Below are positions 27,180-37,012 of a stretch of DNA of 64,000 nucleotides, piece by piece. The notes under the pieces were generated by a model. It made no database searches. It was not told the DNA's origin and saw nothing but the letters and a program-made list of their open reading frames with translations. The stretch is taken from assembly GCA_012840355.1 (NCBI GenBank), contig DULN01000006.1:5514-69513 (forward strand), read 5' to 3'. Each line of letters opens with the position of its first letter. Within the stretch, counting starts at the first letter, position 1. The position numbers and the translations under genes were made by a program. The DNA is from Clostridiales bacterium (GTDB lineage: Bacteria > Bacillota > Clostridia > Oscillospirales > CAG-272).

Positions 27180-28343
27180 TTAGTTTTCGGCGGTTAGGCG
27201 GGCTTCGTTTTTTAACGCAAGGTATACGTTTTCAATTTCGTCAATACTCCGTTCGAGCGCATATTGTTGCGCGAAATGCACGCATTTTTCCTCGGCTTCC
27301 CTTAGCTTTTCAGGATGTTCCAGCCAAAAGTCAATTTTCTCTGCCAGCGACGCGGGGGAGCCTGATTTGAAAAGGTGTTCCTCCCCAAGCGCAAACTGGG
27401 TCGCGGCGCTGCGCTTGCTGTCGGATATAATTGGTACCAGACCGCATGAGAGCGCTTCTATACACGATATTCCCTCAATTTCAACGTCGGAAGCATGTAT
27501 GTAAAGGTCACAGCCGTGCATGAGCTTTATAAGCTCCTCGCGGTTATAATAGCCGAACACCGGGGTATGGGGCAGCTTTTTGCCCATGCGGCGCAGCTTT
27601 TTCTCCCAGGGGCCGCTCCCGGCAAAATAAAGCTGAATGCGGTCTGCATGTCGGGATTTTTTTACGGCCCGGATAACTACGTCTTGCCTTTTTTCAGGGG
27701 AAAGCCTACCAACTATTAAAATTTTAATAGGATTTGAATCGTGCTTCTTTGGCTCGGCGGGCGGGCGGAACGTCGGGTGCACGCCGTTTGAAATAATGTG
27801 CAGTTTTGCTTTGTACCCATGCTTTTTCAGCTGTTCTGCTATAAATTTAGAAGGGCAGTGGATGTGTGAAAACCTCTGATAAAAGAGGGCGCCGAATAAA
27901 AAATATATAAGATGCGCGGCGGGAGGGAACCATTTAAGCCCGATATTGTATGTGATGTTTTCAGGCTGTATATGGAACGCCGCGATGGCGGGTACGCCCA
28001 TCTGTTTTGCGATACGCTGCGCCATATCGCTGAGCCACCAAGGTTGGTAAGTATGGACTACGTCGGCGCCCTCGATGGCTTTTTCTAGCGTGGAGCGGAC
28101 CGGTTTTGCAAAAAGTGTGTGCTGCCGATGCGCCAGCATGCTCGCGATGGGGATTTTAAGCTCGGGCAGATAAAATATTTCAAACCCGGTCTCGGGGTCA
28201 ATGCCGCTTTTTTCAGGATCGCCGCAGGTTACAACGCGAATCATATGCCCGCGCTTTGAAAGCGCTTCGGCGAACCGCATTGACGATATCGTGGTCCCGT
28301 TGTTGTTTATATTAAAAGTGTCGTTCACGAGCGTAATAATCAT
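27180..28343 (-). CDS. GT4-family glycosyltransferase (diacylglycerol glycosyltransferase-like)
   Basis: SD GAGGAG. 387 aa. N-terminal MIITLVNDTF...NGTTISSMRFAEALSKRGH and a C-terminal E-x7-E-like region (ASDVEIEGISCIEALSCG) typical of GT-B/GT4. Confidence 0.75.
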   Translation of the reverse strand: MIITLVNDTFNINNNGTTISSMRFAEALSKRGHMIRVVTCGDPEKSGIDPETGFEIFYLPELKIPIASMLAHRQHTLFAKPVRSTLEKAIEGADVVHTYQPWWLSDMAQRIAKQMGVPAIAAFHIQPENITYNIGLKWFPPAAHLIYFLFGALFYQRFSHIHCPSKFIAEQLKKHGYKAKLHIISNGVHPTFRPPAEPKKHDSNPIKILIVGRLSPEKRQDVVIRAVKKSRHADRIQLYFAGSGPWEKKLRRMGKKLPHTPVFGYYNREELIKLMHGCDLYIHASDVEIEGISCIEALSCGLVPIISDSKRSAATQFALGEEHLFKSGSPASLAEKIDFWLEHPEKLREAEEKCVHFAQQYALERSIDEIENVYLALKNEARLTAEN

Positions 28344-28575
28344 AAAAAATTAACTCCTCACCTTGATGCAGCCTAAAACGCCTGTGCGGCCATGCATTTT
28401 ACATGTCTTTTTTTGTCTAATTTTATTAATTATATATTAAAACCGAGCAAATATCAATAATATATAAAGGTAAAAAATGTAGCATTAGCGCACGAGTGAA
28501 CATAAAACCCCGCCAAATATGGCAGGGCTTTTTTCTTATGCGTTTTTGCTTGTGTGCGCGCTATTACCTCTCAGT

Positions 28576-29370
28576 TTAAAACGCTCCTGCCAGCGACCAC
28601 ATTTTCGTTTCCCCAAGGCTCAACTTTACTTCAATTTTGGTTACATTGTGCCCATAGTATCGGCGCTCGTAAACTTCATAAGGCGAGCAGGGGCGCTTAA
28701 ACCGGATTATGCGCTTGCCGTCGCAGCTCGCATGGATGGAGACAAAGTTTTCGTTTGCGAAAAGCACGTCGTCCGAGGTCGTGTATATATGGCAGCCCGA
28801 CCATTTGGCGAGCGAAGCCAAAAGCTCGCTGCGTAGCACCTTCGCGGCGCAATATACGCTTGGGAAGCCGTGCCTGTATGAAACCGCGAGCGCAGCCTTT
28901 CCGTCTGAGCAGTATCGGCCAAGTACCTCGGCGACCGGGTCGTCAATGTAGAACAACGGGTTGACATATGCGGGGGGTAACACGGTCGGGCTTATCCAAA
29001 TATTGCTGTGCACGTCGCGGTCGATATGGCCGTAGCGGCGCGTTGGGCTTGCAAAACTCATTGCCGGGTGGCTGGTGTCGACCTTAAAGTACGGGAACGC
29101 GGTTTTGGCTTCCATGCAGACGTTCATGCCGACGGTTTCGGAGATGTTTTTGGCGTCCGTTACAGGATCGGCATCGGGGCAAATATAGCCGGGCGCGTAA
29201 AGCCAAACAACTGTAGCCCCGTTTTTGCGCGCTTTATCGAAAATGGCCCGCCGCTCCGCTTCTGTGAGGTAATAGCAATTGAGCATAACGTACATTTTAT
29301 AGTCCGGCATATCCGCCCGGGCTAGGTCGTCATGGAAATACCAGTCCACCGGCGCGCCAATCCGGTGCAA
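28576..29370 (-). pseudogene. GH42-like glycoside hydrolase, 3' fragment
   Basis: YKMYVMLNCYYLTEAERRAI...GATVVWLYAPGY resembles the trimerisation-type middle domain of GH42-like enzymes. It continues ORF 29322-30149 in a different frame. Confidence 0.6.
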
Positions 29371-30149
29371 ATCGGATGTGCGGTAATGAGGAACACGCCT
29401 ACGTTTGCCGGCATTTTCGCGTTCATGTCAAGTTTCATGCCGATGGAGCGCCCTTCGACCTCCCAATTCCGCAGAGCCGAAAGAATTTTGTCGTCGGCGT
29501 CCCATATGTATTGCCGCTCGGATGGCTCGGGGATTATCGGGCGCTCAAACGTGGCGTCTGGGCGGCCCCAAACGCGGCGCAAGGTTGCCTCGTCGCCATA
29601 CTTTCTGCGCAGGTATTTTTCATATTCCTTGCGGAACGGCTCGGAAAAGTCGCCGTAAGCGCCTCTCGATTTGACAAGCCCGGTCGGGTAATACCACTCG
29701 CTTGTCCCACCGGCACAGAGGAAAAAGCCGATGATTCTGTCAAAGTGGGGGGATTTTTCAAGCTCGTCGAAATACTCGTCAAGCGCAGCGTCGGCGTCCC
29801 TCCGCCAGGCTTCGGAACATAACGAGTGCATTCCGTCGATCGGCTCGCCTGAAACCGAGGTGCATATCGTGCGCTCATGTGAGCCGTCGGAATAGGTCAC
29901 CATTTCCTCAGGGTGCGAGTTTACCCACTCGGGCGGCGGGCTGACGTTTAGCCTTAACATAACATATGCGTCGGGGACGGCAGAAAGCAATAGCTCAAGG
30001 TCGGAAAGCGTCCTTTCAAGCCCAGACGGATGCTTTTCATCGCCCGGCTGGTTCCAGTGGGTGTCCGCCGTGACAAAGTAAATCTTCAGCCCCGCGTCGC
30101 CAAGTTTTTTAAGGTATTCCGGATTGCGAATTGGTACAGTTATAAGCAT
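29322..30149 (-). pseudogene. GH42-like glycoside hydrolase, 5' fragment
   Basis: TIM-barrel-like part (SAVPDAYVMLRLNVSPPPEWVNSHPEE...GFFLCAGGTSEWYY...YLRRKYGDEATLRRVWG). The tail after ...ANVGVFL is out of frame with the next ORF. The only SD-preceded start (GTG 30220) is also out of frame with the body. Confidence 0.6.
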
Positions 30150-30534
30150 GGGAGGGTATACGATCCCGTTGATAATAATTGCAGGCAGCGCTCTACTTTC
30201 GCTTTCGTGCGTGTGCTCACCGCAAAACCTCCAATGGATAATATATTAGAAAATAGCACAAACAAGAAAAACAACAAATAAATGGAAGTATGGCTACACG
30301 CTGCCAATTATAGCATTAAGGCGATGAGATTACAAGTATATTAGTAAAATGCGGCTTGTGAAGTATTGTGTAAAGTGATATTTTTGCAGAGAGGCAGATT
30401 TTGCAAAGATGAAATTATTGCAATAAAGTAAAATATTATGTATAATATCAATAATATTATCGTGTGATATAGCATTAAATGATAATCATTACAAAATCTA
30501 TACAATAAATCATAAGCTAGAAGGGGAAAATCAT

Positions 30535-32010
30535 ATGTGGCGCAAATTATCGGTAATGCTGGCTTTTATATTAGAGCTAGTCCTTTTGCTCGTTTCATGC
30601 GGCAGTGGGGAGGTTCAAAGTAAAACCCCTGTAGAAAATCCAAATACGGTCGACTCAGCCGAGACGACAGCCGACGAGTTCGGATATGTTGCCCCGAATG
30701 TTGAAAAAGAGGATTTCGGGGGCAGGAAGTTTAACATAATTTATCCACAATGGTCGCTTTACAACCACTACTATTTCGCCACCGAGTATAACGGCGAAGT
30801 GGTAAACGACGCGATTTACGACCGTGCGCGCTATGTCGAAGAGATGCTAAACATTAAGTTTGAGTACATAACCCGCGGGTATATTGAGACTATCCTGCCG
30901 GAAGTGCAGAAAGTGGTGCGCGCGGGCGACCCCGGCTATGATTTGGCGCTGACCCATTGTGCTACATCGCTTTTGAGCTACGTCACCGATAAGCTGGTTT
31001 TGAACTGGAATGATATCCCCGGCGCCGATTTAAGCATGCTTTATTGGAACCAGTCGGTGCGCGAAAGTTTTGAGGTTTATGGAATGTTGCCGTTTATGTC
31101 AAGCGATTATATATTGCCCGACGTAAACTCGATTTTCTTCAACAAAGGCATAATCGACGACATGAAGCTCGAAGACCCATACGAGCTTGTGCTTTCCGGC
31201 AAATGGACATGGGATAAGCTGAAGGCAATGGCAACGGAGGCTACAAAAGACTTAAACGGCAACAGCAAGATGGACGACGAGGACCAATACGGTTTTGTCG
31301 GCGAACGCGGCTGGCAGTTTACATCCGCACTTATATCTTGCAACCAGTTCTTATTCGGTAAAGGGCCGGATAATCTCCCCGCAATATTGTGCGACAACGA
31401 GAAGACGCAAAATGTGCTCGATTTAATTTGCGGGATTATCCACAACAAGAGTATAGCCTACACATGGGCGTATTCCTCGGCATATGACCCCAACCAAGGC
31501 GGCAAGCCTCCGGTGGATTTTAGGAGCAACCGCTCGCTGTTTTACCTGACTCCGCTAAGCCTTGCAACCACTTTCCGCGACGCGGAGGTCGATTATGGCA
31601 TAATTCCCCTGCCAAAATACGATGAGGCGCAGGATAATTATCTGACCCTCAACTGGGCGGGCTTTATGTGCGTGCCGGCGTCGGTCTCCGACCCGCGGCT
31701 TGTGGGGCTGGTGTCCGAGCTACTCGCCGCAGAAAGCTCACGCACGGTTATACCCGCATTCTATGACGTGCTGCTCGGCGAAAAGATTGCGCGCGACCCT
31801 ATTTCGAAAAAGATGCTCGATATAATATTTGAATGGAACGTCTACGACCTCGGCGTCAACCTCGGGTATTACGGCTTATTTAGCTCGCAGATAGATAGTT
31901 CAAAGCCCAACAACTCGAGGTACTTAAGGGCACAAAGGAATACAATCGAAAAAGTCATATCAGATTATGTCGAAGGCTGCAAAGAATACATGGAGCTTAC
32001 GTCAAAATAA
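30535..32010 (+). CDS. solute-binding lipoprotein paralogue 6
   Basis: SD GAAGGGG. Lipobox LVSC. Motifs VNDAIYDRA, SGKWTWD, VDYGIIPLPKY...YLT. Confidence 0.8.
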   Translation: MWRKLSVMLAFILELVLLLVSCGSGEVQSKTPVENPNTVDSAETTADEFGYVAPNVEKEDFGGRKFNIIYPQWSLYNHYYFATEYNGEVVNDAIYDRARYVEEMLNIKFEYITRGYIETILPEVQKVVRAGDPGYDLALTHCATSLLSYVTDKLVLNWNDIPGADLSMLYWNQSVRESFEVYGMLPFMSSDYILPDVNSIFFNKGIIDDMKLEDPYELVLSGKWTWDKLKAMATEATKDLNGNSKMDDEDQYGFVGERGWQFTSALISCNQFLFGKGPDNLPAILCDNEKTQNVLDLICGIIHNKSIAYTWAYSSAYDPNQGGKPPVDFRSNRSLFYLTPLSLATTFRDAEVDYGIIPLPKYDEAQDNYLTLNWAGFMCVPASVSDPRLVGLVSELLAAESSRTVIPAFYDVLLGEKIARDPISKKMLDIIFEWNVYDLGVNLGYYGLFSSQIDSSKPNNSRYLRAQRNTIEKVISDYVEGCKEYMELTSK

Positions 32011-32026
32011 ACGCTAAACTTTATAA

Positions 32027-32062
32027 GCCCTCCGAAGCGAAAGCTTGGGAGGGCATTGTTTT
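32027..32062 (+). terminator. intrinsic terminator
   Basis: GCCCTCC (32027-32033) ... GGAGGGC (32048-32054) with inner GAAGC/GCTTG arms, then a T-rich tail. Confidence 0.6.
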
Positions 32063-32173
32063 ACGAAAGGGGCTGTGTTTTATGTTAGATTATGGGTAAA
32101 ACTTGTTGTCTTTGAAGCGAGATATGGTATAATCATTGCTAGGGAAAAATAAGTATAATCGGCAACAATAGCT

Positions 32174-32698
32174 ATGGTAATAAGGGAAGCGAATTCTTGC
32201 GAGATTGATGAGCTTGTCGAGTTTTACGACCGGATGTGCAAAGTGCTGGCAAACAGCCCGTTTTTGCCGAACGGCAACAAAGGCGGTTACCCTTCAAGGG
32301 AAATGATTGAGGGCGCAGTTAAAAATAAAGAACAGTATGTCGGCGTAGTAGACGGCAAAATAGTCGCTGCATATATACTTAATCACGACTGCGACCCTGC
32401 TTACGATAAGGCGAATTGGCAAATCAGCGCCGCGCGGTCGGAGGTTATGGTGCTTCACGCTTTGCGTGTTATGCCCGAGTACGGCGGCCGCGGCTATGCC
32501 AAAAGGCTCATGGAGCATGCGCTATCGGTAGCAAAAAGCAAAAACCAAAAGGCAATCCGGCTCGACTGCGTGGATGGAAACACGGCGGCGCAAAAGCTGT
32601 ATTTATCATTCGGATTCAAAAATATAGGCTCCGTGCCGATTTTTTACGAGGATATCGGGACTGAGGTTGACTGCCTGCTGTTTGAACTTTCACTTTAG
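32174..32698 (+). CDS. GNAT-family N-acetyltransferase
   Basis: 174 aa. Acetyl-CoA motif region LRVMPEYGGRGYAKRLMEHAL and C-terminal KLYLSFGF typical of GNAT. Confidence 0.8.
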   Translation: MVIREANSCEIDELVEFYDRMCKVLANSPFLPNGNKGGYPSREMIEGAVKNKEQYVGVVDGKIVAAYILNHDCDPAYDKANWQISAARSEVMVLHALRVMPEYGGRGYAKRLMEHALSVAKSKNQKAIRLDCVDGNTAAQKLYLSFGFKNIGSVPIFYEDIGTEVDCLLFELSL

Positions 32699-32710
32699 GG
32701 GGAGCTTTAT

Positions 32711-34195
32711 ATGGTTAAAACCACACCTGAGCATGGCGGAATACATAGCGCCCATATAAAAGAGTGGATTGAAGGAATTGAAAACGCAAAGCTTTCGACG
32801 CACGACATAATAATCGCGCGCGGGGACGAAATTCTGTTTGAAAACTACCGCCCGCCGTTTCATGCGGATTTTGCGCACCGCATGTATTCGGTTACAAAAA
32901 GCATTGTGGCGATAGCCGTCGGCTTTGCAATACAAGACGGGCTTGTAAGCCTTGACGACCCTATTGACAAGTATTTCCCCGACGAAGTCAAAGAAACCAA
33001 GGACCCGAACATGGGCGTGCAGACTATTCGCCAGATGCTGATGATGAGCACGCCCAAAAGAGGGCGCAGTTGGTTTATCGCGCGCAGCGACGACCGGGTT
33101 AGGCAGTATTTCAGGGATACGGTAACGACTGCGCCCTGCGGTAGCGCGTTTATGTACGATAGCTCAGGCTCGTTTGTGCTCGGCGCAATGGTCGAGCGGC
33201 TTACGAAAAAGAAGCTGATTGAGTATCTTAGGGAAAAGCTGTTTGACAGAATCGGGGTTTCAAAAGAAGCGCGGTTTTTGTTTTGCCCCGGAGGGCATTC
33301 GTGGGGCGACTCCGCGTTGGTCGCAAAGCCGCGTGACCTGCTTCTTGTTGCCCGGTTTATGCTTAACGGCGGCAGCTGGGAAGGCGAGCAGTTGCTTGAC
33401 CCCGAGTATGTAAAGGCTGCGACCTCGAAACAGATTGATACTTTAAGCGAGAGAAAGGGGTTTACCGGCCAAGGTTATGGTTATCAAATCTGGATGTGCT
33501 ATGACGGCAGCTTCCTGTTTAACGGCATGGGCTGCCAGTTTGCGCTCTGCATACCAAAGAGCGACATCATAATGATTTACAACGGCGACAACCAGGGTAT
33601 TGACTACGCCGGCGAGCTTATAATCGGCTCGTTTTTTGAAAAAATCGCGCGCAGGGCTAAAATGCCCGACGAAAGCGGAAGCTACTCGCTGCCGGAAAAC
33701 CCCGAGGCGCAAAAAGAGCTAAGTGACTATGTCAGCTCGCTAGTGCTCGCATATGAAGATGGCGAAAAGCATGCTACAATTGAAAAAGAGATAAACGGGC
33801 GCTGGTATGCGTTTGGCGAAAACCCAATGGGTATAAAAAAGCTCCGCTTTTTATTTAGTGAGGACAACGGGAAACTCGAGTACACAAACGCTCAAGGCGA
33901 CAAGGTGCTGAATTTCGGGCTTTGTAAAAACGAGTTTGGGCTCTTCCCGGAAGAGGGCTATTCAAGAGAGGTCGGCTCGGTGTTTTGCCCGGGCAACTAT
34001 TATAGGTGCGCAGCCTCGGCTGCATGGAAATCGGACAGCCACCTTTTGCTTAATGTGCAGATTATTGACGACTATTTTGGCAGGCTTTGGGCCGATTTTG
34101 TGTTCGACTCAGGGACGGTTTCGGTAAAAATGCGTAAAGTCGCCGAGGATTTTCTCTTTACATACGAGGGAGAAGCCGTCGGGACAATGGTTTAA
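32711..34195 (+). CDS. serine hydrolase, beta-lactamase / class C-like family
   Basis: SD AGGGGGAG. S-x-x-K motif in MYSVTKSIVAIAVG. 494 aa. No signal peptide. Confidence 0.75.
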   Translation: MVKTTPEHGGIHSAHIKEWIEGIENAKLSTHDIIIARGDEILFENYRPPFHADFAHRMYSVTKSIVAIAVGFAIQDGLVSLDDPIDKYFPDEVKETKDPNMGVQTIRQMLMMSTPKRGRSWFIARSDDRVRQYFRDTVTTAPCGSAFMYDSSGSFVLGAMVERLTKKKLIEYLREKLFDRIGVSKEARFLFCPGGHSWGDSALVAKPRDLLLVARFMLNGGSWEGEQLLDPEYVKAATSKQIDTLSERKGFTGQGYGYQIWMCYDGSFLFNGMGCQFALCIPKSDIIMIYNGDNQGIDYAGELIIGSFFEKIARRAKMPDESGSYSLPENPEAQKELSDYVSSLVLAYEDGEKHATIEKEINGRWYAFGENPMGIKKLRFLFSEDNGKLEYTNAQGDKVLNFGLCKNEFGLFPEEGYSREVGSVFCPGNYYRCAASAAWKSDSHLLLNVQIIDDYFGRLWADFVFDSGTVSVKMRKVAEDFLFTYEGEAVGTMV

Positions 34196-34259
34196 GGTAT
34201 ACGAAATCGGGCATAAAACGTCGAAGAGTTTAAAGGGAAAGTTTGCAGAGGATAATCTT

Positions 34260-34884
34260 ATGGCAGAATGCGCGCAAAGAAATGGCATGCAGGAATGGTT
34301 AACAAAGCTTTTTGAAGCGTTTCCTTACCCGCTTCAGATATTTTCCAGCGACGGCACATCAAGGATGATAAATGATGCGGCAGTTGAGATGATAGGCATC
34401 GTAAACAAGGAAGATCATGTTGGGAATTACAATGTTTTCGAGGACCCGTTAGTCCGAAAGCTTGGCGTGACCGAAAAGGCAAAAGAGGTGCTAAAAGGCA
34501 AAATAGTTTATATAACTGATTTTCTCGCGCCATATGATGAACTCATTCTGCATTTTAACTTGAGGGAACGGAACCTAAAATATATAAACGCGGATATAAC
34601 CTGCTTCCCTTTGGTGTCCGACGACGGGAAAATAGAGTATTTCGCGGCGGTTTTCATATTCAAAGACCTTTATATGGGTAAAGAAGAGGTCGAGCTGGGC
34701 AAACAGTACTTAAAGTCACATTGGAAAGAGCCTTTCTGCGCTGACGAGATCGCAAAGGCCGTACACATGAGCAAATCGCATTTTTACAAAGCTGTTTAAA
34801 AAGCATGTGGGGAAAACTCCGTATGAGTATTACCTGGATTTTAAAATCGGCAAACTCAAGGAGCTGCTGCGATACATGGTATGA
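34260..34884 (+). pseudogene. PAS-like sensor / AraC-type HTH regulator, frameshifted and 3'-truncated
   Basis: ORF 34260-34799 ends ...IAKAVHMSKSHFYKAV*. The +1 frame from 34789 continues KLFKKHVGKTPYEYYLDFKIGKLKELLRYMV* (stop 34882-34884). That is the first AraC HTH only; the second HTH is absent. Confidence 0.7.
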
Positions 34885-35105
34885 AATAAAAAACAACGTG
34901 GTAACCGGCTCGACTGCAAGCGGCAAAGAGTTTTCGTTTACATATACCCCGAGCAAGGAATAAGGGTCAAAAATATTGGCACCTCATTTGCCTTTTTTTA
35001 TGGCATATGGGGTGTTTTTTATTGGGGTAAAATCTAAATACTTGTTAGACTTTGGTTTTTGTGATATACTTTGCTTAAGAAAAACTTTCGAAAGGAAGTG
35101 AAGTT

Positions 35106-36965
35106 ATGGGCAGATTGCTGACGGAGATTATTTCTTATAACGCGGGCGACCTCTTCGACGTGGTTTGCGATTATAAATCCGTAGGCGGCGAGTTTATAAA
35201 CGACGGGCATATCTCAAAATACAAAACCGAAAAAGTAAAGCTTGAAGCGAAAACGGATATAAGCGAAGACGAGGTATACATGCGGTGTGACACAATTGTA
35301 AATATCTCGGGCGATACCGTAAATATAACGCTGCTTGCCTCAAGATTTGTGCTGCCTGACGGCGACTATGAAGTATATACGCAATATAGTAACTGGCACA
35401 ACGAGAGCATGGGATGCTGGCAGCCGCTTGTGACCGGGGTGTTCGCAAAAGTGGAAAGCGTGCGGACAACGGTTGGCGCTGCGCCGGTCCTTGCGATTTG
35501 GAACCGGCAGCAAAACCGTGGGATAGTATTCCATCTATTGCCGATGTATTCGTGGTCGATGAGCGCCCGGCGGTTTGACATCGGCGGCGGAAAAAGCCGT
35601 GTAGAGGTTACGATGGGCCCGAGTGCAAAGCGTTTTGAGCTGAAGCTGGAGCCTGGCGAGTGCTTGGAGTACGCAAGGATTATATATTACGAGTTTAGAA
35701 ACAAAACCGACCTTGACTGCTGGAAGCTTCACCGCTATCTCAACAAAATAGCGCCGCGGCGCTCCATGCCGGTAATCTACAACACATGGTTTTCGGCGTT
35801 CGACTGGTTTACTTTTGAGTCGCTGGAAAAGCAAGTGGAACTTGCTGCGAAGATCGGCGCCGAGTATTTCGTAATAGACGCAGGCTGGTTTGGCGAGGCG
35901 GGAAACTGGTGGCAAAGCGTTGGCGACTGGGAGGAATACCAGCACGGAGCGCTTAAAGGGCGCATGAAGGATATTTCGGACAAAGCCCGTGCGCTTGGAA
36001 TGAAATTTGGGCTTTGGTTTGAGATAGACAGGGCCGCGCCGGCGGCAAAGTCGCCCGGGCTTCATCCCGACTACTATATAAGCTACGGCGGTCAGTACTT
36101 TGTAAACTACGCAAACCCCGAGGCGAGAAAATACATACTTGACCTGCTCACCGATAGGATTAAACGCTATAATATCGGCTTTATAAAGTTTGACTTTAAC
36201 GCCGATATGTTTAACGACCCGCAGGGTCAGGCGTTTATTAGGTATTACCAAGGTTATGTTGAGTTCCTCAAAGAGCTGAAACGGCGCCACCCCGACCTTT
36301 ACTGCGAAAACTGCGCTTCGGGCGGCATGCGCATGCAGCTTGCAAACGGGTTCTATTTTGACAGTTTCTGGCTCTCCGACAACCAGTGTGCCATCGAGGG
36401 CGTGCGGATTTTCAAGGATACGATGCTCAGGATGCCGCCGCAGTGGATTGAAAAATGGGCGGTTATCGAGACGATCACCGATTTCGAGCCGGTTTACAGC
36501 GGCGGGAAGACCGAGAAAATCGTTACGACTCACGATGCCGGCTGGGACATGCTCGGCAGCGTGAGAAGCTCGTGGCTGCGCGGGTTCATGTCCGGCAGCC
36601 CGCTCGGCATAAGCTGCAACCTTACAAAGCTTTCGGAAAATACTCTTGAGATGCTTGCAAGCCATATCGAGAAATTCAAAAAAGACCGGGAGCTTTATAT
36701 ATCCGCCGAAGGTAGAATCCTTGCCGATACCGAAACGCTCACCTCTCTTGAGTTTTGCAGCGTAGATAAGTCGAAGATAAAGATATTTACGTTCGTCAAG
36801 CGCTCGACCCATTATTTTGCGGTGATTTACCCTGTGGTCGACCCGGCAAAAACGTACGTTGTAAACGGCGAGAAGATAAGCGGTGAGGATATTGAAAGGT
36901 ATGGCATAAAGGTCGACACCGGGCAAACCGGTAAATGCGAAGAAACGGAGATTTATGAGGTGTAA
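35106..36965 (+). CDS. GH36-family alpha-galactosidase
   Basis: FVIDAGWF, nucleophile-region KFDFN, CASGGMR and WLSDNQ motifs in GH36 order. 619 aa. Cytoplasmic. Confidence 0.8.
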   Translation: MGRLLTEIISYNAGDLFDVVCDYKSVGGEFINDGHISKYKTEKVKLEAKTDISEDEVYMRCDTIVNISGDTVNITLLASRFVLPDGDYEVYTQYSNWHNESMGCWQPLVTGVFAKVESVRTTVGAAPVLAIWNRQQNRGIVFHLLPMYSWSMSARRFDIGGGKSRVEVTMGPSAKRFELKLEPGECLEYARIIYYEFRNKTDLDCWKLHRYLNKIAPRRSMPVIYNTWFSAFDWFTFESLEKQVELAAKIGAEYFVIDAGWFGEAGNWWQSVGDWEEYQHGALKGRMKDISDKARALGMKFGLWFEIDRAAPAAKSPGLHPDYYISYGGQYFVNYANPEARKYILDLLTDRIKRYNIGFIKFDFNADMFNDPQGQAFIRYYQGYVEFLKELKRRHPDLYCENCASGGMRMQLANGFYFDSFWLSDNQCAIEGVRIFKDTMLRMPPQWIEKWAVIETITDFEPVYSGGKTEKIVTTHDAGWDMLGSVRSSWLRGFMSGSPLGISCNLTKLSENTLEMLASHIEKFKKDRELYISAEGRILADTETLTSLEFCSVDKSKIKIFTFVKRSTHYFAVIYPVVDPAKTYVVNGEKISGEDIERYGIKVDTGQTGKCEETEIYEV

Positions 36966-36983
36966 AAACAAATAGAAAAAGGA

Positions 36984-37012
36984 GCCGCCCAAATCGGGCG
37001 GCCCGTTTTTTT
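36984..37012. terminator. bidirectional intrinsic terminator
   Basis: GCCGCCC (36984-36990) / GGGCGGC (36996-37002) followed by a T7 run. It overlaps the stop of the convergent SBP gene. Confidence 0.65.
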
